A stretch of 64,000 nt of DNA from Phallusia mammillata (taxonomy: Eukaryota). The translations under genes and the position numbers were made by a program. Under the pieces are notes generated by a model that worked only from the letters and a program-made list of their open reading frames with translations, made no database searches and had not been told where the DNA came from. Positions 52,630 through 64,000 of the stretch are shown in pieces (within the stretch, counting starts at the first letter, position 1; every line of letters starts with the position of its first letter). The stretch covers positions 21,142,001 to 21,206,000 of the forward strand of contig OZ281500.1 of NCBI GenBank assembly GCA_965637545.1, read 5' to 3'.

Positions 52630-55600
52630 CGTCAAGTTTGTTGGTTACGTCGCTGTACGCGCTCGTAATTATAGCGCAGGTGGCGTAATGTAGTTCTTGT
52701 TGTAACCGATAGTTAAAAAAACGTCGTTTGTTTGCACGCTGCCGTGAGGTTTAAGTTTTCCCTCCTATGATGCTATGTCCTTCCCTCCTATTATCCTCTG
52801 TCCCTATTATGCTCTGTACACTTCGCAAGCGGCGTATGTTTGCTCCTTAGACGTACGAGGTTACGCCACACGCTGTTTGCAGACTAACTTGTGTTGCAAG
52901 GCAAAATGAACATGTTGCATTCATTCGCGTTTTTTTTTGCAGCAGTTTCATGATCCTGTGGCACTGATGTAGTAGTTTTTGTACTATTATGTACCTTTTT
53001 TATGTCCAGTTTTATAAACCACTGTTAAAGGAATGACAATTTTGTCGTTTTCAAATCCCAATCATCAACCGCATTAGGATTGTTTAAACCTAAAAGTGGC
53101 GCAAAAATATCTCCAAGAACCACAAATCTCTAGTTTTTGGCGTATGTTTTCAGCCTATTTTAATAGCAAACCAATATCCAAAAACTAAACCCATTGCACT
53201 CTAAACTTAATCAACTCATATGGATATGACTTTAAAGCAAACCGGAGAAAGCAGTAACATTGACATAAGATAAAACCCGCAACGCGCCCTTAAAAAGATC
53301 GTCGATTCGGTAAAGTGAAGCACAGTGTGGAAACTTGGTTTAGAGGTAATCGGGTGTTATGTTTCATCGGTTGACGTAATGCTAGTAACAGTCACGTACG
53401 CAGTACGACGATAACGCAATGTTTAAATAAACGACGTCTGTTTGCCCTCAGTTTGTGGTTTGTCGCCACTATAACACGCACTGACTTTAATACTGATTGA
53501 CGTTTCGTTCTGTAGTTAAAAAGTTGTTCCTTCCTTAAATAAAACTGTCCGGTTATAGCCTACTACCTTTCCGCAATCCTAACGTATCTTGGCTTTTTTT
53601 GCAAACTACATTTTAGTTGTGAGATATTGCTGACTAAGGATTTTAGGTGTATGATTTTTTATTTGCGACATCCATAAAGTTGACCTTAGAATTCTGTGGC
53701 ATTTAAACCATGTCACTCCGTGTGGAAAGAGTGCCATAGTTCAGGTGATATTAAATTACCTGTTGTCATTAGACAACGGAACCTTATGGTTTAAAACCGA
53801 ACTACCCAAGTGTAGCCTACCATCAGTGACAAACAACAGTCAACTGGACGCGGAAGTCGTTGGTAGCTGATGCTTTTTGTACCTGACCGTGTTCTAGTCT
53901 TGTGCACGTTCGTATGGAACATGAGCTAGCTTGCAATCTGTACGTTTTCAGAAACTAATTGTAATTAAGTTTAAGTTAAAACACAGATAACAATATGGCG
54001 TTTGTTACAAACTGTATGCTGTTATCTTAAACCATTCGTGGAACCATTGCTGTGTTAGATGTGCAATGTTACATATGTGTTTTCACAGCCGATACATCAA
54101 TGTCACTATTTCTTGGGACGTTACGAGGTGTAGTCTATGTTAGTAATGTAAACAGCCAATTGCGTCCATACCCAATGTACAACGATATAAATAAGCGTTC
54201 AAAGAAGAATTTCGTATTCTTTTTCACTATAAAGCGGTTCTTACGCCATTGAGGTTCGTAGCGTGCCAACAGCGTGAACTTATAATGCTATCCCCGTGAC
54301 TGGAAAAAATTATCTTGCTTACTATATGTAAGGGGCGTTTTGTGGGCGGGGAAAACAAACCTTTTTCGCTGGCGACTTTATTCTTGCCGTATATTGGTTT
54401 TGGATTGACATCTCGCAACCGCAGAAAACCAGGGCAAGCTAGGGTATTCAGTAGGACTGGTTAGACTATTAAGTAGGACGCTTGTTTCAAAACTGGTCTA
54501 TAACTGATTGTGTTTAATGCAACTTTTGTTGGTATATTTTCAACATTTTGAAGTTATTACGCGGTATTGCCTCCCCGAAAAAGTGAAGTGTATTTAATTG
54601 CCCCAACCGATGTGGTTTATTGTCTTATATAACAGCGATTTTTGCAACATACGTTTTCATGTTTTATCTGAAAAGAAGCCTATAGTCCTTTGAAATGCGC
54701 CCGCGTTTTCGGCTATCTAGCAATTTAGCAGTATGTGTGCAAGTTTACCCATCTAAAGATAGATAGTAAGTTGTTTCGCTTGAGTAATTTTAAAATCCGA
54801 ACAAGCAGCAAACACGTTGTGGTCATATGATTGGGCGTTATGTGGGTGTGTCTCGCAAGAGGAACTAAATTTAAACGCAGTCCAGCTGTAACGGAAACCA
54901 CTAGACTGATAATTCCTTTGAAATCTTTAAAGTTATTCATTTGTTGGATTCTTAAGATATTGGGCATTAGAGGGAATATAACCTTGCCACCTAGTTACAT
55001 TCATAAACAATATTGTTTTTTCTTACTTTAATTATTGTTTTTTCTTACTTTATTGCTCAATTATACACTTTTTGTAAAATAGTAAAGAGGCCCTCGGCAC
55101 GCAAACATTAATTGAACAGAAATAAAATGAGTATCTCCTAATCAATTTTCCAGTGGCCAGACAGTGAGATGAAAACGAGACGCCATAAATTTAACCCGAT
55201 ATCAACGCAATGTATATCGAATCGAAACAAGCATTACGCGCCTAGCAACTTTGCAGCCGCTCATGTGATCTACAATTGCCGCGTTGGAGCGATCTGCACG
55301 GGGAATCGCCGAGCTGGGTAATCACCTAGCGGTGCGCAGTGACGGTAGCTCAGAAAGTACACGTGGCGGATTGTGATTGTGGGGTGATCTGTTAGTTAGC
55401 AACATTGCCCTGCCCAGAAAGTCTTGGGCTCAGTCGAGACTTGAGTTAGGCGCGATATATGCTCTAATCAAAAGTATATTGTGAGTATTTGGGCTAAATT
55501 ATGCTGCGAAATTTCCTCCTGTTGTGCTGTGTTTAGTTCAGTTTGGTGTTTTTTTCAGCTATTGAGTAATCAGTCGTGAATAAACCAAAACATATGTACC

Positions 55601-55784
55601 AACATTTGGTAAAAAACGAACAATAGCCTATTTATGATGGGTGAAGTTACGGTAATCGGTTTCATAAACCTTAGTGGCGAAAGACAGTTTGACTTTTGCA
55701 AGAACGCATAACAGAAATGCGAGAATGTAGAATAAACGGCTAATGCAAGTTGTTGTTTTCATTGATTGCCATATTTTGTTGGGT

Positions 55785-55980
55785 TGTCTGCAAACTTTGC
55801 AAAACTGTTGCACCAGCGGCAATGATCGCTGTAAACGTATAGTGGAAGCAGAAATCCAACGATAATGAATTACATCATACAAATTGTCTACAAACTTTGC
55901 AAAATTGTTGCACCAGCGGCAATGAACGCTGCAAACGTGTAGCGTAAGGGGAATCCCCAAGCGATAGTAAATTACATCAC
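55785..55980. repeat. Tandem duplication of a unit of about 100 bp
   Basis: ct(g/a)caaactttgcaaaa(c/t)tgttgcaccagcggcaatga(t/a)cgctg(t/c)aaacgt... starts at 55788 and 55888. Confidence 0.85.
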
Positions 55981-58653
55981 CTCGACGGCAGACGGAGAAA
56001 AAACGCACTCGCTACTTTATAAGCTCCGTTCTGTCAGCATCCATAAATAGTAAGCTGTTGTTTTTTCATCATCAGATGTTAAGCAGACTGTATCTTTTAA
56101 GTAAACCACTGCGCACAGTTATTTCCGATTAGGACTCAAGTGATTCTAAGGGTGTGGCGATGCTAAGTTAGGCATCGGAAAAACTTTAGGGCGATATGTT
56201 TGTGTATTCCGGAGGGCTAGGTTGTTTGTTAGGAAAATCATTTAAAAATGTTTGTGGGATTGATAATAATCATTTCATTTTATATAAGAGATTATTTGCA
56301 ACTAATTGTTCTCATGAGGAAATCTAATGCAGTATCTTACTATTTCTGTCTTTTTTGACCATAGATTCACAACCCTTTTTCATAATTTGTTTTGTACTGT
56401 CAAATCAAAACTTGAAAAGTACACTTCACTGCGACTACATTATTGTCTGGCTCAAAAATTGATCCAAACAGCATTGTGAACTTGAACTATAGCGTCGAGA
56501 AACGCTTGACCATGGGAAATCAACTTGGAAAAATATCGCGTCGCGCAGGTAGTACAAAAACATTCGAAAAACTGAAAGACGATGTGGAGATATATTTTAA
56601 GAATTATTTTTGTAATTGGAATTCAAGTTAAAACACTTGCTACATAAATTATGTCTAAGGGTTTAATTTCCGACTAAATGCTAAACCAGCCGTTTTTGGA
56701 TTAACTTCAGTGTCTTTTATGCAGCTTATTATTTTGGATTTGGTTTTGCATCACAACGAAAAACCGAGATCAAAGTTGGTATTCACGCGTACGAACGAAA
56801 GGTTTATAGCGCACCTAATGACATGTGAGTAGTAGGCTAAGCCATGTTCCTTAAGTTTATCGTTTTATCTGATAAACAATTTTTCATTTGGCAACACCAA
56901 AGGCCTTTGATTGTACGAAATATGACTCTGTTAATTTACATTATAACTTACACAGTTTATTTTATTCAGAAACCATCAAAGACAAACGACAGAACACATG
57001 GTTAAGCATTCGTGGGTTCACAATTTTGTAATGTTCGACCATGAGCGTTTGCGTCGTAGATATGAGTCCTAACTGGTCCAGAAACAATGATCACTTTATT
57101 TCAAGTAAAAAAAGAGGCGCTCCGGGAAAAAGAAACGACGGCAAAGCTTAGACACTATTGTTTCAACTGATTTTTGTTAAATATTAAAATTAACTTAAAA
57201 CATAAAATACAGGCTCCCAGCCTGGATAAGTAATTAAGTAGGCTACAGCAAGCACGTGTATTCATTCAAGGGGTGCAATATACACTGACCATTTTCTGTG
57301 AATGTATATATTACAACAATACAAGCAGGTTTTATGCCAATCCCCAGCAGTTCAGCCCCTATAGCCACAACTGTACTGAGAAACAAAGCTTAGGCTTCCT
57401 TTATTTCTATATTTAAATATCAGTTTACCCTTTTGTTTTGTTTTACTATACGGTATATAATGTTACACGGTTCTGTAAATAGCATTGCCTTTTGGACTGT
57501 TTTTATACGAATGGTTGCTGCACTTTATCAAATATTTCCTGACAAAAATATGTTCTTTCTATTTGTTTCTTGAAGCATTCTACGCATAGGTTATTAAGTG
57601 CCTTGACATGTTGGATTTGGACATCCTTGGATGTCGGACTTTTTATTGATTTTCAATCCTTGAAGTTTTATTTCAAAATGCAAGAGTTGTCAAAAATATT
57701 TTTCATCAAGTGTCGCTGCGATACTATACTTGCGATGCAAACAAAATTTTCGACACCAGTTTACAATGTCAGCCTTTTTTATTAATCTGCGGTATGAAAC
57801 GTATCTATTTTATGTTTAAGCAACAGTTTTGCAGGCATGTCTGTTAAAAAATAATACGAGGATAAATTTAACTTCGAAAGCGGGCAAGCAAAAAACGAAC
57901 AAAATCGTTAAAATTCTCTCCCTAATAAGTGGGCATCAAGTATAACTATAAATAATAAGGCTGCTAAATAGACCATTTTGGTGCCAACGTTTTTTAGTAG
58001 TTGTACAGCGAGAATTAATTGTTCCGCTTGGCTGATTTAAGTTATCCTTTATTCGTGACGTATTGAAATATTCATCCGCGACAGAGCATGTGCTTTGAAC
58101 GCCACGTTTTGTGAGCTGCGTTTAGGTTTGCAGTCAATTTAAGTGAATTTATCCTAATTTCTTGTGTCTATTTGTTTATAGTGAAACTGTAAATGTTAAG
58201 AGCAATAGCTAAAATGCTGAATTGTCAGTTGTGGAACCTCTAGCCGCGTGCTAGTAAAGCCCTGGTTACCCAACAGTTGGTATGTTTTATGTTCTTATTT
58301 GATTTGTGTTTAACTTGTGTTAATGTGTATTCTAACCGTAACTGGACTTATTACAAGTAATTTGGAAGTAATCTAATGTAAAATATGACCGATTAATGTA
58401 GATTTAATTTGAAACCTTGTGTGTACTGCTAAAACTGCTTATAGTGTTTGGTATCGCTATGACGTCATAATGCGTACGTATGGCTTATGTATGTTATTTG
58501 TGGTTACAGAAAAACCGTTGCCGTTGCTATTGACGTTGTCGTCTTGGTTTATTCGTCAGCGTTGCCTTTTATCGCCAAAAAAGAACATTCGTTGCAAATG
58601 CAAGAGTGGGTCGTCTTGGAGGACGGGCGCGTTTTACAAAAAGGGTTATCTAG

Positions 58654-58700
58654 TGTGACGAACGGCGCAGGGCCAGGCTGCGCACCTAGCGGTCGTTACA
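58654..58700. repeat. 47-bp TGT...ACA hairpin element, copy 1
   Basis: tgtgacgaacggcgcag..ctgcgcacctagcggtcgttaca, preceded by tctag. A second copy lies at 59124-59170. Confidence 0.65.
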
Positions 58701-59123
58701 GTAGTATTGCGTTGCTTATTACGTATTATCTCGTTGGTGCAAACTATAATACCACAATGTGACTTGTAGTATTTCCAATGTTAATTTGTTGCCAAACTTT
58801 TGTATTGTTTTAAGTGGCGTTGGTAATGGCATAATAGTAGCTCCCACTGTATCGGCGCCCATACCCGGTGCTATGTGCGTTATTGATACCCGTCCCATAC
58901 AGCAGTGGATCAAGTTGTTATTGCCATACAAAACTATTGATGTGTAGTTATGATGTTAGTTTTTTATCTTTGTGACGTACCCAGTTTTCGAGTAAATTTT
59001 CCTACGTTTTGTTTTGTGGAGAATGAATTGTGATATTACGAATTTTTATTCGTTGTATATGAAACAGTGGTCGTCTAATAGGGTGGAATATGAGATAGTC
59101 GCGTTTTTCAATCGGTTTTCTAG

Positions 59124-59170
59124 TGTTATGAACGGCGCAAAGTCAGTCTGAGCGCAGAGCGGTCGTTACA
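59124..59170. repeat. 47-bp TGT...ACA hairpin element, copy 2
   Basis: tgttatgaacggcgca..gcgcagagcggtcgttaca, with the same length and the same tctag flank as copy 1. Confidence 0.65.
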
Positions 59171-59468
59171 TTCTTCACATTTTATGTGATCCAGGACCGA
59201 GCAGGTAAACTATATTAATAATGGCTACCTTGCATACATGCTAAAACACAAGTTATAATGCATCTATATATATATGTATTAAGGGTTAATATATACGTAT
59301 TTTGTGTGAAATCTTGGGAGAATCATGGTAGAATAGCCTTTTCAATAGTAACCTGACTTATCGAAGTCATAAGATGGTTCTGATGAATCGTAGTAGTAGG
59401 ATTTGTCGTAACAGTATGGCTTTTATTTGTCGTAGTAGCTTGACTTCTCGAATTCATTGAATAATCTA

Positions 59469-59543
59469 GCCTGCGGTGGGATTCGAGCCCACGGCAGGAG
59501 TCTTACCGTGACTCGCGCTTTACCAACTGCTTGGAAGACCGGC
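59469..59543 (-). pseudogene. tRNA-like sequence (tRNA pseudogene or head of a tRNA-derived SINE)
   Basis: The minus strand reads GCCGGTCTTCCAAGCAGTTGGTAAAGCGCGAGTCACGGTAAGACTCCTGCCGTGGGCTCGAATCCCACCGCAGGC. It has an A-box-like segment, an anticodon stem GAGTC/GACTC and a T-stem GTGGG/CCCAC. The acceptor stem has mismatches, U33 is missing and the T-loop is CTCGAAT. Confidence 0.6.
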
Positions 59544-61379
59544 TGATTCGATATGACGCCTTTAATAGGCCTGGCATACTATGATTGATTGATGACACTA
59601 AAATTTGAGCTTTAATTTTCATGTTACTATCCAAGCCTTCTGCGATGTTTGAATGTCATTAAACTTTTTGGAAAAAGAAAAACAAATTTTTATAGCTGCC
59701 GGGATTCCTGACACTTTGCTCAATTAACTTCGGACAATTCAATTGGAATCACACTAATAACAAGTTTTTGCTGTTTTATATTATTTCTATCATGATTTTG
59801 GATTTTTGCAACATATTTGTCTAAAAACTAACGTTAAACCTTTTGCCATCTTTGACTGGGCCCTTAATTGTCCGCAAATAAAGAAAATATTTTGTTGGTC
59901 CAATTTAAAACGAGATAAAACAGCTTAAAGAAAAACTACATTTTCACACATTTAAATGTATCGTATGCATATTCTTGTTAAATTTATTTAGCACTTGTAT
60001 ACACATCTCATTTCAATTTTAATGATCATTTATGCATCAGTAGAATATTTTAAAGTCTTGCGAGGACTGCTTCGTTGTAAAGACCATCAGCTTTGCGAAA
60101 AGCTTCATACATGATGTAGTTTTCCAACCACTCTGGCGGATTGCTGTAAAACAATGCAAATTTAGCATTTAGATTGTCTTGTGATTGAAGCATATGCTAA
60201 TAATGTCAGCTAACAGATGCATAGATACTAAGTAAAACACGTCGGTATTCTGCAGGTCACCAGTGTGTCAATGACCAAAATTTATAAATCACTTTGACAC
60301 AAAAAAAACTCACTTCCATCTCAAATATTAAGTGAAAAGATGTGGGTAAAGCCTTTGGCATTTTAGATCATTTAGCCTTGTCCGAAAATGAGGGGCAGCA
60401 TTTAGCACACGCAGCTACCTTTGGCGGAATTTTGAAGTTTAAAGTTAAAAATATTGCATTTACAAATGAACTTGCTTACTGGGAAATTTCTCGCGAAAAC
60501 ACGCGACGTTGAAAAAGGGCGTAGTTGCATAATGTGACCTCTCGGACTCGTCCTGTAAAGTAATTAAACAAATTAATTTATTTTCTGCTTTATGTTTGGT
60601 TTGTCGCAAAAACGTTGTTTGACGTTTGTGTGAGTCCCAAAATATGTCCCTTTTAGTCCTAAAATATGATTGATTGGTCGGAAATTAAAATAAAAAACGA
60701 TGGGGTACTAATGCAAAAAAGCATTTTTCGAAACGTATAAACTAAAGCATATCGTTTTGAAAAGTGCAGAAAATTACATTTTAATCGCATTTTTATTGCA
60801 TAACGCAAGTCACAAATTGTATAATACAAACAAGCGGATGATAAAGTCGCCTATAAAACAGAAGTAGAGACTATAATCCGCTTTACTTTACATACCAAAC
60901 GTTTTGTCCCATACTACAGTGTGAAAAAATCGCACATAGACGCAACAAGAACAAAATTGTCGGCAACAGCGCGCATAAAAATGCAATTTTTTTCACGGGG
61001 TTCGAACCCAAGACTTTCCCTTTTTTATGTATGTTTGTGGGTTATTTTAAAGACTTACTGAGATCACTGTCGCCACTTGGTGGATCATTTTCCTGGCTTT
61101 GTGACGTGTTTTGGGCCACGCGAGCAGAAATGACGGCCATTGTATCAGCTGGCACACGAAAGAATCTTCTCATGCTAGCATGGTAGTAGCAGTAATGATT
61201 GGATGATTCCATAAGATGAATTTTCCGTTGCAAATTGGTGACACAGGAAATATTTCAGCTGAAATGCTGAATAAGGCAATAATTAAAACGCCTATTGTCA
61301 TGCAAACCTAAAAAAATAAAGTTTAGTTGTTCAAACTGAAACGCTATACAATGTATTTGTCGCAGTATTAATTGCTACG

Positions 61380-62900
61380 TTTATCTGATACGCTGGTATT
61401 TACAACAAGCCATTATCCTTTTCGTGGACATAAGCTTACTAAGTGTATAGGTGGAACCCCTATCTGGACAAAACAACTTATTTAACTTATACAATGCACA
61501 TAACCCTTTTTCTAATTTGTAAACAAAAAAAGGAAACCATACTGTTTACTTATTCGATTATGCACACTTAAACGACGAAGTTTTACAAATAAATTTTCTC
61601 TCTAAAGTCTCTGGTCCCAAACGTTCCTTGAGCGTTTACGTACCGTGACGCCGTTTTTCTGCTTGAGTAATTGACACAAAACCGCACAAAGGCAGCTTGT
61701 CAGTGCGAAGGGTTGCTTTTGGGTTTCGGAATTATTCCTAAAACGTTCGTTTATTGCCAAAAATACAACGAATTGTGGTAATTAAAATGAGAATCCCAAA
61801 TTATTCATACAACTTGACCTAACGATTGTTGCTAACCGTCATTATCAGGTAACCTATAGGTTGTGGGATGTGGGTTCTAATTCTGTCTCGGTCGCTTGTG
61901 TTTCCCTGAGGAAGAAACCTGATGGGTTAAACTAAATCGAAGTCAATCGCTTCCTAAATCTTAAAAATCAACAGACGTGTAGGGCGTCGTCATTGTGATA
62001 ATAACCCATTCAAACGTTGCCCGCCCACCTAGGATAAAAATGAAACAAAACAAATACCTGTTACGAGTCTACGGGCAAAACCTGGCATTCGCCGGCGCGC
62101 GCTGGCATGCCCTGTGACATGCGCTGGACCTATTCAAATGCGTTAATTGTACATCATTTGTAATTGACACACACAAAAATAAACTGAATGGCAAGTGATG
62201 TTGCACACAAAAACTCTGAAAAAAAATGTAGTTTTTCTTCGTTACTGGACCGAGGTATTTGAGTCGTTTTGTTTATGCCTTAAAGTTGAAACGAAATCGT
62301 ATAGCAGCACGAAATATGCCAAACAAATAATTTACCGTCAAAGGACATAAAGCGCCTGGCTGTTAATCGAACACAACAATTAGCAAAGAACGATCTGTTA
62401 TATCATAACAAAACTGCTTTCTGAAAACCGAAATAAATCAAACTAAAAACCACACCAAAAACAAGCGTAGACTAACTACCTCACGTTATTGCATTTTAGA
62501 AAGCATATCTAACATAATAACCCCAGCAAAAGTAACCAGCTACACAGATGTATTTGTGTATGTAACCCTTATCTTTAAAATTATTGGGAATAGTATTTAC
62601 TTTGTTACAACCACCAGTGAAAAAACATAGGGTTCTATGTTCGCAGAGAACGGGGCGTGGAAATTTAATAGCAATTCTATCATTGGTTGAAATTATTGGC
62701 TGTGCCGCAATCTGGGAATGGCACAAGTTTTTGTCCGGCTGTTTGTTTAAGACACCCACAATAGAATTAACCAATCCCTTGCCAATACCATAATAACTAT
62801 AAACTTGAATACAGCGGTGCCCTACCTTGAAAGAGAACAACGTGTTTGCCGAAAACATTACATCATATGCAGTCGACCGTGCAAAGAGGTAGCAGTTCAC
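61380..62900 (-). pseudogene. Decayed intronless class-A GPCR-like gene, copy A
   Basis: Across stops and frameshifts it gives TM1-like VYSYYGIGKGLVNSIVGVL, DRY-like ITDRSLLIVV, TM5-like FGILILITT..KRTF and TM6-like VWFPFFV. It is paralogous to 62950-64000. Confidence 0.55.
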
Positions 62901-62949
62901 CTATTGGTTTAAATTAGACCACCGGCGCGGCCGTCAGGCGCTCGTTGTT

Positions 62950-64000
62950 TGATAAAGCGACGATGTAGTCGGAAATCACCAAGCCATCATCCATTTCGTG
63001 GACATAAGCTTACTAAATGTACAGGTGGATACTTTATCCTGACAAAACAACTTATCTATGCAAGGAACATTATCCTTTTTCTAATTTGTAAACTAAAATA
63101 GGAAACCATACAGTTTGCACATTTATGCTCAGATGATGAAAGACAATAGATTATGTTTGTATGAACTACAATAGATTCAAGAAATGATTTTACTTTCAAT
63201 TTCTCCAACCCAAACATACCTTAAGCTTTGACTACATTGACCGCCACTTTTCTGTGTGAGTAATGGACCCAAAACCGCAACAAGGCAGTGTCGCAGTGCT
63301 AAGGTTTGTTTGCCGAGTTGGTAGTGATTCCACAAACGTTCGTTTAATAGCCAAAGTACAAAGAACTAATGTAGTTAAGATAAGGGGCCCAAATATCATG
63401 AAACCTGATGGAATGAACTAAATTGAAGTCACCCACCTCTTAAAACAAACTTTAAACAAGTGGTTCAACATACGTGTCATAAAATAGGTATACTGACGGC
63501 GAAGTCTCTTTGATAATAACAATAGTAAACAACTGATACATGACATGCACCGGCGTGTTCTGACATGTGCTGGCATGCCCTGGACGTAATATTCAAATGC
63601 TTTGATTGTACATAATTTGCAATTGAGACGCACTAAAGTGGCATGGCAAGTAATATATAGCACACAAAAGCTCATGTATTTTTTTGCGCTACTCCACTGA
63701 GGCCTTTCAGCTGCTTTTTTAGGTTCGAACAAAATGGCAAAAACTACAAAGTACCAATTTTGCCAAACAGCAATTAACAGACAACGATCTGTTATACCAA
63801 ACCAAGACAACTTTCTAAAAACCGAAACAAATATAAAAGTAAAGCGCACGTAAACCGGCGTAGACTGACTAAGTTACGTTATTGCTTTTCAGAAAGTGTA
63901 TCCGACATAGTAAGCCCAGCAAAAGTAACCAGCTACATCCATCAAGTACATATGTATTTGTGTATGTAACGCTTACCTTTAAATTATTAGGCGCAGTCGA
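62950..64000 (-). pseudogene. Decayed class-A GPCR-like gene, copy B (5' part beyond the window)
   Basis: VAGYFCWAYY, GITDRCLLIAVW (DRY-like), WVTSI*FIPSGFMIFGPLILTTLVLCTLAIKRTF (TM5-like, with an in-frame stop) and VWFPILVY (TM6-like). DNA similarity to copy A has a period of about 1.5-1.6 kb. Confidence 0.55.

Noticed and set aside
60040-60270. Minus-strand stretch faintly resembling a hAT transposase C-terminal region
   Set aside because: No diagnostic motif, an in-frame stop and no TIR pair identified.

Overview
AT-rich, intron-containing eukaryotic DNA from a compact animal genome. An ascidian/tunicate-like chordate is my inference, from the RhoJ/Q-type GTPase, the vertebrate-type PRPS intron positions and the short introns; the species cannot be proven here. 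Gene order: ALG5 (-, runs off the left edge); PRPS (+, 7 exons, 318 aa); a V+C2 immunoglobulin protein with a GPI-like tail (+, 7 exons); a TIR-less LRR transmembrane protein (-, 2 exons); an Nkx2-2/vnd-type homeobox gene (-, 3 exons) followed by about 13 kb of non-coding DNA; a RhoJ/Q-like GTPase (+, 3 exons); a NACHT-LRR (NLR) gene (-); and two tandem decayed GPCR-like copies (-) at the right edge. Several hAT MITEs (three with perfect 8-bp TSDs), a pogo fragment and a tRNA-like element are present. The most striking signal is seven hammerhead-ribozyme-like loci from at least two families. One has a complete catalytic core and lies in sense orientation in an intron of the Ig gene (9611-9664). 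Another is a minimal, dimer-type hammerhead inside a 700-bp Penelope-like insertion with a 13-bp TSD, just upstream of the NLR. The NLR has no death-fold domain, only a short RHIM/cRHIM-like N-terminal motif. All calls were made by eye, with no database searches.
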